DNA from: Acidobacteriota bacterium
GTDB lineage: Bacteria; Acidobacteriota; UBA4820; DSQY01
Direction of reading: 5' to 3'
NCBI GenBank assembly: GCA_049967655.1
Contig: JBMFSH010000005.1
Span: 29,264 to 93,263 of the forward strand
Length of the DNA stretch: 64,000 nucleotides
In this document: one piece after another, positions 46,822 to 56,951 of the stretch
Numbering within the stretch: position 1 is the first letter of the stretch
Layout: each line of letters opens with the position of its first letter
Position numbers and translations under genes: made by a program
The notes under the pieces: generated by a model
Seen by the model: the letters and a program-made list of their open reading frames with translations, nothing else
Databases searched by the model: none
Told to the model about the DNA's origin: nothing

Positions 46822-48168
46822 CTATGGGCTGGTGGCCTGCGGCCGCGACGGAGCCTCAGCCAGAAGGGTCGGCTCCCGCAGGAAGTCGGCGAGCCGCATC
46901 TCGCCGAGGGAGGCATCGAAAGCCGCCCCCTCCCGCTCGATCCACTCCCTCGAAGTGGGGCAGCACTCCTTCAGGCTGGCCATGAAGGTCTGGTGGTAGA
47001 GGCGGGCTACCTCCCCTGCGGTGATCATGGCCGGGGGGCGAGCGGGGACTAGGCCGTCGTTCTCTGTGCGCACGACCAGTCCGGCCCTCTCCAGGGAGGC
47101 GAACCAGATCCTGGCCTGATCCGGATGAACGTAGTACAGCCTGACCAGTTCGTCCGCATCCTGCGGCGCCTTCCCTTGGGCGAAGGTCCGAAGTATCTCC
47201 AGGAGAAGAGCGAGCGAAACTTGTCTCGAAAGCGGGATGAACCCCTGCGCAAGGGCTGAGCGCCGCCTGGCCTCCATCTGGAGCAGCTCCATGTGCTGAA
47301 GCACGTAGGCCAGCTCGGCGCCCACGAGCACGATGATCCACGAGTAGTAGATCCAGATCATGCCTATGGGCAGGATGGCCACGGAGCCGTACACCTTGCC
47401 CACCGTGCTGCGGCTGAACACGAGCTCCACGTAGCGGCTCAGGGCCACCTTCGCCACCTCCCAAAAGAAGGCGGCCAGAAGGGCCGCAGCCAGGGCTGGC
47501 CTGGTTCGGACCCGTGCCCTGGGCACGAACCGGTAGAGGCAGAAAAAGGCCGCCAGGGTCAAGAGGTAGGGAATCCCGAAGTGCAGCAGGAGGAAGGTCT
47601 TGAACCACTCCTTGCGGATTCTCGCGGTAAGGGCGAAGGAGAGCCCGACCAGAATGGGCAGGAGGGTGACGCCCATCCAAAGCAGGGAGACCCTCGACAA
47701 AACGCTCCCCGTCCGCTTCTGGGACCGCCAGATCTCATTCAGCGCCTTCTCCACCAGGAGGATGAGCGAGCTTCCGAGGAGCAAGAGGACCAGAACGGCG
47801 ATGGCGCCCGAAACCCCCGAGCCCAGGAGGCCGAGGTTCTTGGAGATGCTATCGAAGAGGTCCATGACCACCTGGCGCGCGGCGGGGGTCATGAGCTGCC
47901 GGATCAGCGCGCTCTGGATCTCGGCCACGTGCTCCTTGAAGAGGACCGAGTGGCTCACGATGAAAAGGAAGAGGGCGGTGAGCGGAAAAAGGTAGAGCAT
48001 GGTGAAGAAGGAGAGGGTGGCGGCCCTGAGTGTGACGAGATCTTCCCATCCCTTATGGACGGTGTGGTAGAGAGCCCGGAGCCAGAGATCCAGCAGGCTC
48101 CGCAGCCGCGACACGTGCTGAGCCTCCCGGAGCACGACGCTGCTGATCCGATCCCTCCAGGGCGTCAT
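46822..48168 (-). CDS. YihY/BrkB family membrane protein with C-terminal extension
   Basis: AATLSF, ALNEIW, YRFVP, VYGS..LPI..IWIY..W..VLVGAE. Confidence 0.87.
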   Translation of the reverse strand: MTPWRDRISSVVLREAQHVSRLRSLLDLWLRALYHTVHKGWEDLVTLRAATLSFFTMLYLFPLTALFLFIVSHSVLFKEHVAEIQSALIRQLMTPAARQVVMDLFDSISKNLGLLGSGVSGAIAVLVLLLLGSSLILLVEKALNEIWRSQKRTGSVLSRVSLLWMGVTLLPILVGLSFALTARIRKEWFKTFLLLHFGIPYLLTLAAFFCLYRFVPRARVRTRPALAAALLAAFFWEVAKVALSRYVELVFSRSTVGKVYGSVAILPIGMIWIYYSWIIVLVGAELAYVLQHMELLQMEARRRSALAQGFIPLSRQVSLALLLEILRTFAQGKAPQDADELVRLYYVHPDQARIWFASLERAGLVVRTENDGLVPARPPAMITAGEVARLYHQTFMASLKECCPTSREWIEREGAAFDASLGEMRLADFLREPTLLAEAPSRPQATSP

Positions 48169-48286
48169 GTCAGCCAGCATAAACGAGACGTGCGCCGCCC
48201 GCAAGAAGGGAGGGAGGATCCCGATCTTGGAGTCTTGGATCGGGGATCGGGTGGAGTGGAGCGCCGGGGGATGAAACGGAGGAGCC

Positions 48287-49234
48287 TTACTGGCGCTGGC
48301 CGCAGAAGGGGCAGGTCACGGCCCTTCTCGGCAGGGGCCGTCGGCAGTGGAAGCAGAAGGCCTCGCGCGGCGGATTGTCCCTTGCGGCGATGCGCTCGCG
48401 GATGTCCGCCAGCTCTCGCTCCCGGCGCGGCGTCAGGCGGATGTGGCGGAGGTCCTCCAGGAGGTCCAGGGCGTTGCGGTAGCGCTGGGACAGGTCGCGG
48501 GCCATGGCCTTCACGATGACGTCGCTGAACTCCTTGCTCACCCGCCGGTTCTTGAGGACCGGCGGCGTGAAACGCCCGGCGGCAACGAGCTCCTCGATGC
48601 GCGAGGGGTTCAGGTCGAAGAAGGGAAGCACCCCCGTGACCATCTCGTACATCATCACGCCGATGGAGTACACGTCGGAGGCGAAGGTGGTCCTGCCCTG
48701 AAAGTGCTCCGGAGCCATGTAGGGGGGCGAGCCGATGCGCGTGGAGGCGTAGGGGTCCCGTTCCAGGAGCCGCGAGATGGAAAAGTCCACGACCTTGGCC
48801 TCCAGGTCCTTGGTCAGGAGGACGTTGCTGGGCCGGAGGTCCCGGTGCAGGATGTTCCGCGAATGGGCGTAGCGGACCGCGTCCGCGATCTGCACGGACC
48901 AGGACAGGGCCCGCTGTTCGTCGGCCTGCCCCTCGCGCGTGAGCCATTCGGCCAGCGATTCGCCCTCCACGTACTCCATGACGATGAAGAAGGTTCCCGA
49001 AGCCTCGTCCCTGTCGGCGGTGAGCACGGAGACGATGTGGGGATGGTTCAGGGGAGCCATGAGACGGGCTTCGGATGCCAGATCCTCGATGCTCAGATTC
49101 TGCCTGTGGGGAACCTTCAGGGCCACCCATTTGCCGATGTAGGTGTCCTCGGCCAGAAAAACGGCCCCGAATCCACCGTTCCCCAGCGGCCTGACGATGC
49201 GGTACTTGCCGACGACCTGATCCTTGAGGAACAT
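48287..49234 (-). CDS. Hanks-type Ser/Thr kinase with C-terminal zinc ribbon
   Basis: GNGGFG, VALK, HRDLRPSN, DFS, YMAPE; CFHC...CPFC. Confidence 0.88.
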   Translation of the reverse strand: MFLKDQVVGKYRIVRPLGNGGFGAVFLAEDTYIGKWVALKVPHRQNLSIEDLASEARLMAPLNHPHIVSVLTADRDEASGTFFIVMEYVEGESLAEWLTREGQADEQRALSWSVQIADAVRYAHSRNILHRDLRPSNVLLTKDLEAKVVDFSISRLLERDPYASTRIGSPPYMAPEHFQGRTTFASDVYSIGVMMYEMVTGVLPFFDLNPSRIEELVAAGRFTPPVLKNRRVSKEFSDVIVKAMARDLSQRYRNALDLLEDLRHIRLTPRRERELADIRERIAARDNPPREAFCFHCRRPLPRRAVTCPFCGQRQ

Positions 49235-49298
49235 GCCCCTCCCGAAGGACACAGTATACACGGAGAGAACAAAGTCTCGAACCGTTCGGGAGGCGCGC

Positions 49299-50054
49299 TC
49301 AGCGCGACAGGCCCCGCGAGAGGCGGCGTCCGGCTTTGCGGACCCTCGTGCGCACGGAGCGGCGCAGCGGCCTCCTGTGCAGGGGGCCCATCACCACGAG
49401 GTGGGGCTGCAGTTCGGCCTCGTCGAAGAGGACGTAGGCGGGGTTGGAGGTGAGCCAGGAGGAGGGATTCAGAAAGCCGACCCGGCCCGAGAGGTCGCTC
49501 TCGCGGTGGTGGGTATGCCCTACGACCACCCACCGGGCCCCCTTCGCGGAGGCCTTCTCCAAGGCCCTGCGCTTCACCTTGGCGACGGCTCGCGCAAAGA
49601 TCACGTTGGACCGCTGGGCCCACTGGATCGCCGTCTTCCGCGGCACGTCGAACCAGATGGCGAAGCCGTAGAAGATGTCGCGGAGGTTCTTTAATCCCCG
49701 CGTGCGGCTGTGGAAGTCATCGAACTGGTCGCCGTGTACCACGTAGACCTTATCCCCGCGGAAGAGAAAGGAGTACTCCTCCCTGATCGGAACGCCGAGC
49801 AGGTGCGCCAGGACGTTCGCGGAGCCGTCGTGGTTCCCTCGGATCCAGATCACCTCGCGCTGTACCGAGAGCGCCCGGAGCTGCTCCACCACCTTCCAGT
49901 GCCGGTCCTTGAGGCGACGGAAATTGAGGTCGTCGAAGATGTCGCCATTGAGGATCAGACGGTCGAAATCGGCCCGCTCCAGGAGGGCGGAGAGTTGCCC
50001 CGCCCGGCAAAGCGGTGAGCCGAGGTGGACGTCGCCCAATACAATCGTTCGCAT
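49299..50054 (-). CDS. LpxH-like calcineurin metallophosphoesterase
   Basis: DVHLG, GDIFD, GNHD, HGDQFD, GHTH. Confidence 0.85.
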   Translation of the reverse strand: MRTIVLGDVHLGSPLCRAGQLSALLERADFDRLILNGDIFDDLNFRRLKDRHWKVVEQLRALSVQREVIWIRGNHDGSANVLAHLLGVPIREEYSFLFRGDKVYVVHGDQFDDFHSRTRGLKNLRDIFYGFAIWFDVPRKTAIQWAQRSNVIFARAVAKVKRRALEKASAKGARWVVVGHTHHRESDLSGRVGFLNPSSWLTSNPAYVLFDEAELQPHLVVMGPLHRRPLRRSVRTRVRKAGRRLSRGLSR

Positions 50055-50185
50055 GATCCGATCCTAGAAGCTATTCTAGCATAGGAAAGCGGCTTCTTGC
50101 CTCGCCGTGGGCCAGGCGGGATAATAGGACGGGGCCCCGCTCAGAGGGGCGGTGGCCCGAGCTACCGATAAGGGGGGACAGCGAG

Positions 50186-50602
50186 ATGCCCGTGAACGTT
50201 CGATGGGTGGAGAAGAGCGCCTTCGCGGCACGCTCCGAAGGCAACCACTGGGTCATGATGGACAGCACCTTCAACGGAGGCGACGGCGCCGCTCCCTCGC
50301 CCATCGAGTACGTGCTCATGGGGTTGGGCGGCTGTTCGGGCATCGATCTGGTGGCCATCCTGCAGAAGATGCGGCAGGATGTGACCGGCGTGGAGATCGA
50401 GATCGAGGGCGTGCGCGCCGATGAGCACCCGAGGGTCTACGTCAAGGTGCACGTCCGCTACAGGGTTCGGGGCAGGAATCTCAACCCGGCCCGAATCCAG
50501 GCCGCGGTCGAACTGGCCGACGAGGAGTACTGCGCCATCGCCGCCATGCTGAGGAAGACGGCGGATTACACCTACGAGGTGGTGGTGGAGGAGGAGGCCT
50601 AA
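50186..50602 (+). CDS. OsmC/YhfA family protein
   Basis: SPIEYVLMGLGGCSGID, YCAI. Confidence 0.87.
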   Translation: MPVNVRWVEKSAFAARSEGNHWVMMDSTFNGGDGAAPSPIEYVLMGLGGCSGIDLVAILQKMRQDVTGVEIEIEGVRADEHPRVYVKVHVRYRVRGRNLNPARIQAAVELADEEYCAIAAMLRKTADYTYEVVVEEEA

Positions 50603-50692
50603 GGGCCGCCTGACGCGGGTAAGCCCCGCGTCCGGGCCACGAACCTGACACCTCGTGACGCGAGCAGCGCCACGGACAGCCGGGAGGACGCG

Positions 50693-51922
50693 ATGCGCAT
50701 TTCGAAGCGAGCCACGACCATCCAGGAGTCACCCATCCGCAAACTGGCGCCCCTCATGGTGCTGGCCAGGCAGCGAGGCCTTGCCATCCACCACCTGAAT
50801 ATCGGGCAGCCGGACATTGCCACCCCCTCGGCCTACCTGGACGCGGTGGCCGCCTACAGGAGGCCCGGCGCCGTTCTTTCATACGGGCCCAGCGACGGGC
50901 TGCCCGAGCTGAGGCAGGCCATCGCGGATTACTTCGGCCGCTACGGGATCTCGCTGGGGACCGGCGACGTCCTCGTGACCACCGGAGGCAGCGAAGCAGC
51001 CTTTTTCGCGCTCAATCTGGTGGCCGACCACGGCGATGAAATCATCATTCCCGAACCCTTTTACACCAATTACAACGGCTTCGCCTCCATGGCCGGGGTG
51101 AAGGTGGTCCCGGTCACGACGCGGGCCGAGGAGGGCTTTCACCTGCCCCCCCCCGAGGCCTTCGAAAAGGTTATCTCCAGGAGGACGAAGGCCATCCTGG
51201 TCTGCTCCCCGAACAACCCCACGGGCACTATTCTGACGGCCGCCGAGTTGGGCATGCTTCGGGATCTGGCCCTTCGTCACGGCCTGTTCCTCATCGCCGA
51301 CGAGGTCTACAAGGAGTTCACCTACGAGGGCGCCGCGCACCACAGCCTCCTGGAGATGGAGGAGCTCGCCGAGCGGGTCATCGTGATCGACTCCATCTCG
51401 AAGCGCTTTTCCGCCTGCGGGGCGCGCGTGGGGTGCCTCATCAGCCGGAACCGCGCTGTCATGGAGTGCGCCCTGAAGTTTGCCCAGGCCCGCCTGTGCC
51501 CTCCCACCATCGAGCAGCTGGGAGCGGTGGCCGCGTACCGTATGGACCCCGCCTACTTCGATCCCATCCGCCGAGAGTACCAGGCCAGGCGGGACGCCCT
51601 CTATTCGGGCCTGACAGCCCATCCAGGCGTGGTGCTTCGCAAGCCGGACGGCGCCTTCTACATGATCGTCAAGCTGCCCCTGGCGGACTCGGACGACTTC
51701 GCCCGCTGGCTTCTCTCCGACTGGTCTCTGGAGGGGGAGACGGTGATGGTGGCGCCGGGGAACGGCTTCTACGCGACCCCCGAGCTGGGCCACGACGAAA
51801 TCCGCGTGGCCTACGTTCTCGAAGTGGAGAAGCTGGTCCGCGCCTCGCGCATCCTCCTGGAGGGAATGGAGCGGTATCTCTCGTCCGGCGCGGCCGGCCA
51901 ACCCCGCGCGGCCAAGCGCTAG
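50693..51922 (+). CDS. Class I PLP-dependent aminotransferase
   Basis: LNIGQPD, PNNPTG, DEVY, SISKRFSACGARVG. Confidence 0.92.
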   Translation: MRISKRATTIQESPIRKLAPLMVLARQRGLAIHHLNIGQPDIATPSAYLDAVAAYRRPGAVLSYGPSDGLPELRQAIADYFGRYGISLGTGDVLVTTGGSEAAFFALNLVADHGDEIIIPEPFYTNYNGFASMAGVKVVPVTTRAEEGFHLPPPEAFEKVISRRTKAILVCSPNNPTGTILTAAELGMLRDLALRHGLFLIADEVYKEFTYEGAAHHSLLEMEELAERVIVIDSISKRFSACGARVGCLISRNRAVMECALKFAQARLCPPTIEQLGAVAAYRMDPAYFDPIRREYQARRDALYSGLTAHPGVVLRKPDGAFYMIVKLPLADSDDFARWLLSDWSLEGETVMVAPGNGFYATPELGHDEIRVAYVLEVEKLVRASRILLEGMERYLSSGAAGQPRAAKR

Positions 51923-51954
51923 AGGCTCGGCAGGGCAGGGGACGGGCTGGACTC

Positions 51955-52917
51955 TTGAACGAAACTGACCTTGGCGAACCCATCCGGGTGACCTTCGCCC
52001 TAGCCGCGGGCGACGGCTCCGAGGAGACCTTCCACAGGCTGGCGAGCGGGATCTCCGCGAGAGGCTCACGGACGGAGGTGCGCTGGGAAGCAGCGGCGGG
52101 GGCATCTTCCGTCGCGGTTGATCTGCCAGAGGGGCGGAAGTTCCGGTGGGAGATGGCTCCCGACCAGGCCATGGAGGCTCCCTTCTTCGCGCTCTGGGAC
52201 GCGCGCGGTGCGGCTTCGGACCTGGACGGCTCGACGAAGGCGATCCTGGCTGGTCTTCGGCGGCCTCCGCAATTGGTCATCTACGGCGCGAGGTGGTGCG
52301 CGGCCAGCGCGGAGATGGTGCGCCTGGCCTCCCGCTGCCTGTTGGCCAGGTCGGGAACGCGCGTAACTGTCGTGGACGTGGAGCGCCTCTCCCCCGACCG
52401 GATTCCGCCCGGGATCGAGGCCGTTCCCGTGACCTTCATCGGAACGGAGGTCAGGCTCTACGGAAGTCTTTCCGAGGCGGAGCTGGCGGCCGGCTTGACG
52501 GCCTGCTCCCGGAACCTGGGGCCGGATTACACCCTGGCCCAGATGCTCAAACAGAAGAAGAGTCGAGAGGCCCTCGCCCTCGTGCGGGCACGCGTCCTTC
52601 CGGTCTCCGCTCTGGCGAGGGCGGCGGGCGATCCTCTTCACTTTGATCTGCGCCTTGGAGCTCTGGTGCTGCTCTCGGAAGTTGGCCGCCATGACAGGGT
52701 CTTGGCGGCCGAAGCTACCCCCTCGTTGTGCGCGCGGCTTTCGGACCCCTCTCCGCACATTCGAGGAGACGTACTCCTGGCGCTGGCTGAGGTGGGGGAC
52801 CTGCGCGCGCTCCCGTCGGTGGAGTCGCTGCTGGACGACGCGGACGCCGATGTCCGAGAGGCGGCCGTCGAAGCGGCCGAACGGATCCGCCGGAGCAACC
52901 TCTGGGGCCGCTACTGA
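51955..52917 (+). CDS. Thioredoxin-like + HEAT-repeat protein (start uncertain)
   Basis: WCAAS, EAVPVTFI cis-Pro motif; DPSPHIRGD...ALAEVG, DADADVREAA HEAT repeats. Confidence 0.68.
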   Translation: MNETDLGEPIRVTFALAAGDGSEETFHRLASGISARGSRTEVRWEAAAGASSVAVDLPEGRKFRWEMAPDQAMEAPFFALWDARGAASDLDGSTKAILAGLRRPPQLVIYGARWCAASAEMVRLASRCLLARSGTRVTVVDVERLSPDRIPPGIEAVPVTFIGTEVRLYGSLSEAELAAGLTACSRNLGPDYTLAQMLKQKKSREALALVRARVLPVSALARAAGDPLHFDLRLGALVLLSEVGRHDRVLAAEATPSLCARLSDPSPHIRGDVLLALAEVGDLRALPSVESLLDDADADVREAAVEAAERIRRSNLWGRY

Positions 52918-52973
52918 AGGAGCCCCGCGCCCTTTCTCAAGACGGTCACGGAGGGCCGCCGCTGGAAGCGCTC

Positions 52974-54551
52974 CTATCCTGCGAACTGTTTTCGCAGGGC
53001 TGCCTTGTGGAGCTTGCCCGCGCTGGTGAGGGGCAGGGTCTCCACGAAGACGAATCGATCGGGGATCCAGAAGCGGGCCAGCCTGCCCTCCCGAGCCTTG
53101 GATTGAAGGAATTCGCGAAGCTCCCCCTCGCCCACCGGTTCGCGGGCCTGGATGACGCCCATGGGGCGCTCTCCCCAGCGATCGTCGGCCACGGGGATCA
53201 CGGCGGCCATGGCCACCTTCGGGTGCTCCGAGAGAAGGCCCTCGACCACCGTACTGGCGATCCACTCCCCACCGCTCTTGATGGCGTCCCTGTCGCGATC
53301 CAGCACCGTGAGGAAGCCCTCTTCGTCGAGAACCCCCAGATCCCCGGTGCGGAACCATCCCCCGACGTAACTGGCCCGACTCCGCTCGGGATCCTTGTAG
53401 TACCCGTTGGGGAGCCAGGGACTGCGGACCCAAATTTCCCCGATGCTCCGACCGTCGCGGGGGAGTGCGGCGCCGGTCTCGTCCCTGATCTCAAGTTCCA
53501 CGGCCGGTAAGGTTCTCATGCGCCGGGAGAGTTCCTGACGGCCCTCCTCGCCGTTCGCCGCCACTCGCTCGGGGACCACCGAGATGCTGGTTCCGAGCTG
53601 ATCCGAGCCGCCGTAGATCAGGCTGTAGGACAGGCCGGCCTCGCTCGCCCGTTGTGCCAGCCCGGAGGGCAGGGCGCTACCCCCCGTGAGAATCTTCAAC
53701 CCATCGAACCGAGCACCGCCGGAGGCCGCGGCATCGAGCAACATGTGAAGCTGGGTTGGGACCATGTTCATGCACGTCACCCCCTCCTCGGAGATGAGCG
53801 ACACCTGCTCCTGCCCGCCGAATCGCCCGGGCAGGACCAGCTTGGCTCCTAGGTAGGGAACGAAGAGGGGCATCCCCCAGCCGTGGATGTGGAAAAAAGG
53901 GATGAGGGGCATGAACACGTCGCGGGAGGAGACCCGCGCACCCCCCTCGTGGAGAGCGAGGTGATGCAGGATCTGCAGGGAGGCCAGGATCATGTCGCGG
54001 TGGCGGTAGCACACGCCTTTGGGAGGGCCCGTCGTGCCTGTCGTGTAAAAGATGGAGAAGGGGTCCGTCTCGGAGACCTCGTCGGCGGACGGGTCTTCCA
54101 CGGCCTCGCCCCCTTCGACGATGGCCTCGTAGGTGGGCGAAACGGACGATGTGGGGTCGGGGCCGTCGGTGAGCCAGACCCAGTTGGGAAACTGGCCGCG
54201 CACCTTCTCCGCAATCTCCCGGAACCCCTCCCACACGAAAAGCCACTCGTCGCCCGCTTGCTGGACGGTGTAGAGCATCTCCTCGGCCGGAAGCCGGAAG
54301 TTGATGGTATGAAGCACCGCGCCCCGCATGGAGAGGGCGTAGTGCAGTTCGAGGTAGCGGTGGGTGTTCACGTCGAGCACCCCGACGACGGTACCCTTTC
54401 CCACGCCCATTTTTCTGAGGCCGTCCGCCAGCCGGAGGACGCGCTCGTAAAAGGAGGTGTAGGTCAGGCGCACCGGCCCGCTGACGATCTCCTGGTCCGC
54501 ATGACTCAGGAGGGAGTGCCTGATGAGTTCGTGGACGACGAGTTCTCGCAC
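52974..54551 (-). CDS. Acyl-CoA synthetase (long-chain fatty acid/DmdB-like)
   Basis: YTTGTTGPPKG, PFFHIHGWG, WFRTGD, IKSGGEWI, WGERP. Confidence 0.9.
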   Translation of the reverse strand: MRELVVHELIRHSLLSHADQEIVSGPVRLTYTSFYERVLRLADGLRKMGVGKGTVVGVLDVNTHRYLELHYALSMRGAVLHTINFRLPAEEMLYTVQQAGDEWLFVWEGFREIAEKVRGQFPNWVWLTDGPDPTSSVSPTYEAIVEGGEAVEDPSADEVSETDPFSIFYTTGTTGPPKGVCYRHRDMILASLQILHHLALHEGGARVSSRDVFMPLIPFFHIHGWGMPLFVPYLGAKLVLPGRFGGQEQVSLISEEGVTCMNMVPTQLHMLLDAAASGGARFDGLKILTGGSALPSGLAQRASEAGLSYSLIYGGSDQLGTSISVVPERVAANGEEGRQELSRRMRTLPAVELEIRDETGAALPRDGRSIGEIWVRSPWLPNGYYKDPERSRASYVGGWFRTGDLGVLDEEGFLTVLDRDRDAIKSGGEWIASTVVEGLLSEHPKVAMAAVIPVADDRWGERPMGVIQAREPVGEGELREFLQSKAREGRLARFWIPDRFVFVETLPLTSAGKLHKAALRKQFAG

Positions 54552-54832
54552 TGTACCCCACCTCCACGGCCGCCAAAGCCTCCGTCACCGGAGCCGCCTC
54601 ACGAGAGGGGCTCGCTGCCGGCTCGTCCCTCCTCGGTCGCCAAGCTTCAAGCCTCGGCGTGCCTGCCTTGTGATCCTCGCCCGCAGTCTCTGCTTCCCGA
54701 AGTCCCGCAAGTCAGCGTTCCGCGTCATTCCCGCTGGCTTAAAGATACTCGGCGCGTGGGAGTTCCGCAAGGGCGAAGCGAAACCGTCGGGCGCCGCCGC
54801 GGCTGGATGTGGGAAGAGACGAGCAAGGGCCG

Positions 54833-54861
54833 TTGAACTGAAGGTGATCAGTTGATATACT
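54833..54861 (+). promoter_or_regulatory. Candidate sigma70 promoter
   Basis: TTGAAC-N17-TATACT upstream of GGAGG RBS. Confidence 0.6.
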
Positions 54862-54892
54862 CTGATTGTATGGAAAGGAGCCGGAGGTTCCC

Positions 54893-55720
54893 TTGGCCCA
54901 CATAGACTGGGTATTGCTTTTCGGCGTGTGCATGAGCGGCCTGTCTCTGCTGGCGCTGCTCAAGTGGTGCCTTCCTCGGAACAACCCGCTCCAGGTCATC
55001 TGGGAGGTGGTGCGCGCCAACGCCGCCCGCACGGCCTCGTTGTTCTACGTCCTGACGATCTCCGGCATCATTTTCCTGGATCTCCTCGAGACGAAGTACG
55101 ACGCGGCCATCACGCGTTATCTGAACTGGGACTTCACCGGACTCTTCCTCCGGGTGGAGGGGTCGGCCACCGCCCTGTTCCAGATCATCCACTTCACCGC
55201 CCTCACCTACGTGCTTTCCGCGGTCTACCTGTACATCTTTCCCGTCATGGGCGTCGTGGCAATCCTGGTGGCTTACCGGGACGGCGAACACAAGGTGGCC
55301 AGGAAGATTTTTTGGGGGGCCGTGTTCAACTACCTCTTCATCCTCCCCTTTTACGTTCTGGTGCCCGTCACGGAGCGCTGGGCTGCGGGGGATGGCGAGG
55401 TTACCCTCCTCATGAACCAGATCTCGCCCCTCCTCATCGAAGGGCTCCGGCCCATGAGCGGCCTCAACAACTGCTTCCCCTCCTTTCACGTGTCGCTGTC
55501 GCTCACTTTTGCCCTGCTCATATCGGAGAGCTCGAACATGCGGCTCCGGCGGACCATGCTGACGCTCGCCGGGCTCGTGACTTACTCCACTCTCTACCTG
55601 GGATTCCATTGGGCCCTGGATGTCTTCGGGGGCGTCCTCTTCGCGGCCTTCTGCACGGTGGTCGCCAATTGGGCCGTGGAGAATCTCCGCCTCGAACAGG
55701 TCCTCTACCGAGCCCGATGA
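54893..55720 (+). CDS. PAP2 family (AUR1/IPC-synthase-like) membrane protein
   Basis: NCFPSFHV and STLYLGFHWALD motifs; multiple TMs. Confidence 0.82.
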   Translation: MAHIDWVLLFGVCMSGLSLLALLKWCLPRNNPLQVIWEVVRANAARTASLFYVLTISGIIFLDLLETKYDAAITRYLNWDFTGLFLRVEGSATALFQIIHFTALTYVLSAVYLYIFPVMGVVAILVAYRDGEHKVARKIFWGAVFNYLFILPFYVLVPVTERWAAGDGEVTLLMNQISPLLIEGLRPMSGLNNCFPSFHVSLSLTFALLISESSNMRLRRTMLTLAGLVTYSTLYLGFHWALDVFGGVLFAAFCTVVANWAVENLRLEQVLYRAR

Positions 55721-56802
55721 CCCCGCGGACCGCCCTTCTCTCCTACGCGTTGGGAACGGGCCACCGACGAGTGGCCGAACTGGTGCAGGGGCGCCTGACC
55801 AACCTAGGCCACCACTGCGAGCACCGTCCACTTGAAGAGTGGGTGCCGTGGGAGTACGACGCGCTGTTCCGAAGCGGCTACCTGCTGCTGGCGCTCCGAT
55901 TCCCGAAGGTGTGGGATTATATGTACAACTCGCCCTTCTTCATCCGTCGGGGAAAACTCGCGCTCCCGGGTATGGGGGGCAGGGTGATCCGGCGGTTCGA
56001 ACGCGCGGGTCTCTCCGAGTGTGACCTGGTGGTGGCTACCCAGTACAACGCCATGGAGGTGGCTGCGGACTGGAAGCGCGCTTCCGGATCACGATTGAAG
56101 CTGGCGGTGGTGATCACCGATTATGACGTCTATCCGCTGTGGGCGCGGCCCGAGGTGGACCTCTACCTCATTCCGCACGCAGACCTCGTTCCCGTCCTGA
56201 CGAACTTGGGGGTCGCGGAGGAGCGCATCGCCCCGACGGGAATCCCCGTCTCCCCTGTTTTCGAGGGAACCCACGACGGGTTGGCCGTGCGGGCCTCACT
56301 CGGCCTGGACTTAACCAAGCCGACCGCCCTCATCTTCGGAGGAGGGATCGGGGCGGGACCGCTGCGAGAGGCGGTGGAAGCCTTCCTGGAGCTTGGAGCG
56401 TGGCAGGCCCTGGTGGTTTGCGGACTCAACGAAAAGCTGAGGCGCTCGCTCATATTGACGGCGCAGAAGCACTCGGACCGTCTCCGCGTGCTTGGTTTTC
56501 GCAGCGACATGGCCCTTCTCATGGCGGCCAGCGACGTGGTGGTGACCAAGGGAGGTGGATTGAGCCTGAGCGAGGCTCTCTACATGGGCAAGAGGGTGGT
56601 GGTCCTGCCCAGCCTGCCCGGCCAGGAGCGGGCCAACATCGCCTTCATGGCCGCGCGGGGATGGATCAGCGTCTGCGAGGATCCCAGACAGCTGGGCCGA
56701 GTTCTAGACGTTCCGCCGGCCGATTCCCCCGTTTCCCTGCCTCCCGCTCCACTAGAGGCGGCCGTCGGGCGCCTGGACGCGCTGGCTCGCTCGTCCCTCT
56801 GA
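55717..56802 (+). CDS. MGDG synthase/UgtP-like glycosyltransferase (GT28)
   Basis: GTGH, VITDY..W, TGIPV, TKGGGLS.SEA, PGQERAN. Confidence 0.87.
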   Translation: MTPRTALLSYALGTGHRRVAELVQGRLTNLGHHCEHRPLEEWVPWEYDALFRSGYLLLALRFPKVWDYMYNSPFFIRRGKLALPGMGGRVIRRFERAGLSECDLVVATQYNAMEVAADWKRASGSRLKLAVVITDYDVYPLWARPEVDLYLIPHADLVPVLTNLGVAEERIAPTGIPVSPVFEGTHDGLAVRASLGLDLTKPTALIFGGGIGAGPLREAVEAFLELGAWQALVVCGLNEKLRRSLILTAQKHSDRLRVLGFRSDMALLMAASDVVVTKGGGLSLSEALYMGKRVVVLPSLPGQERANIAFMAARGWISVCEDPRQLGRVLDVPPADSPVSLPPAPLEAAVGRLDALARSSL

Positions 56803-56951
56803 ATGGTGCTCTTTCACCGGTGGCCAAACCACGCGCCTCGCGCCTGTTTCCGAGAAAAACTCCCGAGGCCAGCGCGCCCTCTCGGCATAATTTTTGAAAT
56901 TGCAGCCAAGAGGACTGGACAAGAGCCGCCGTGGAGCGTATGATTCCCGCG

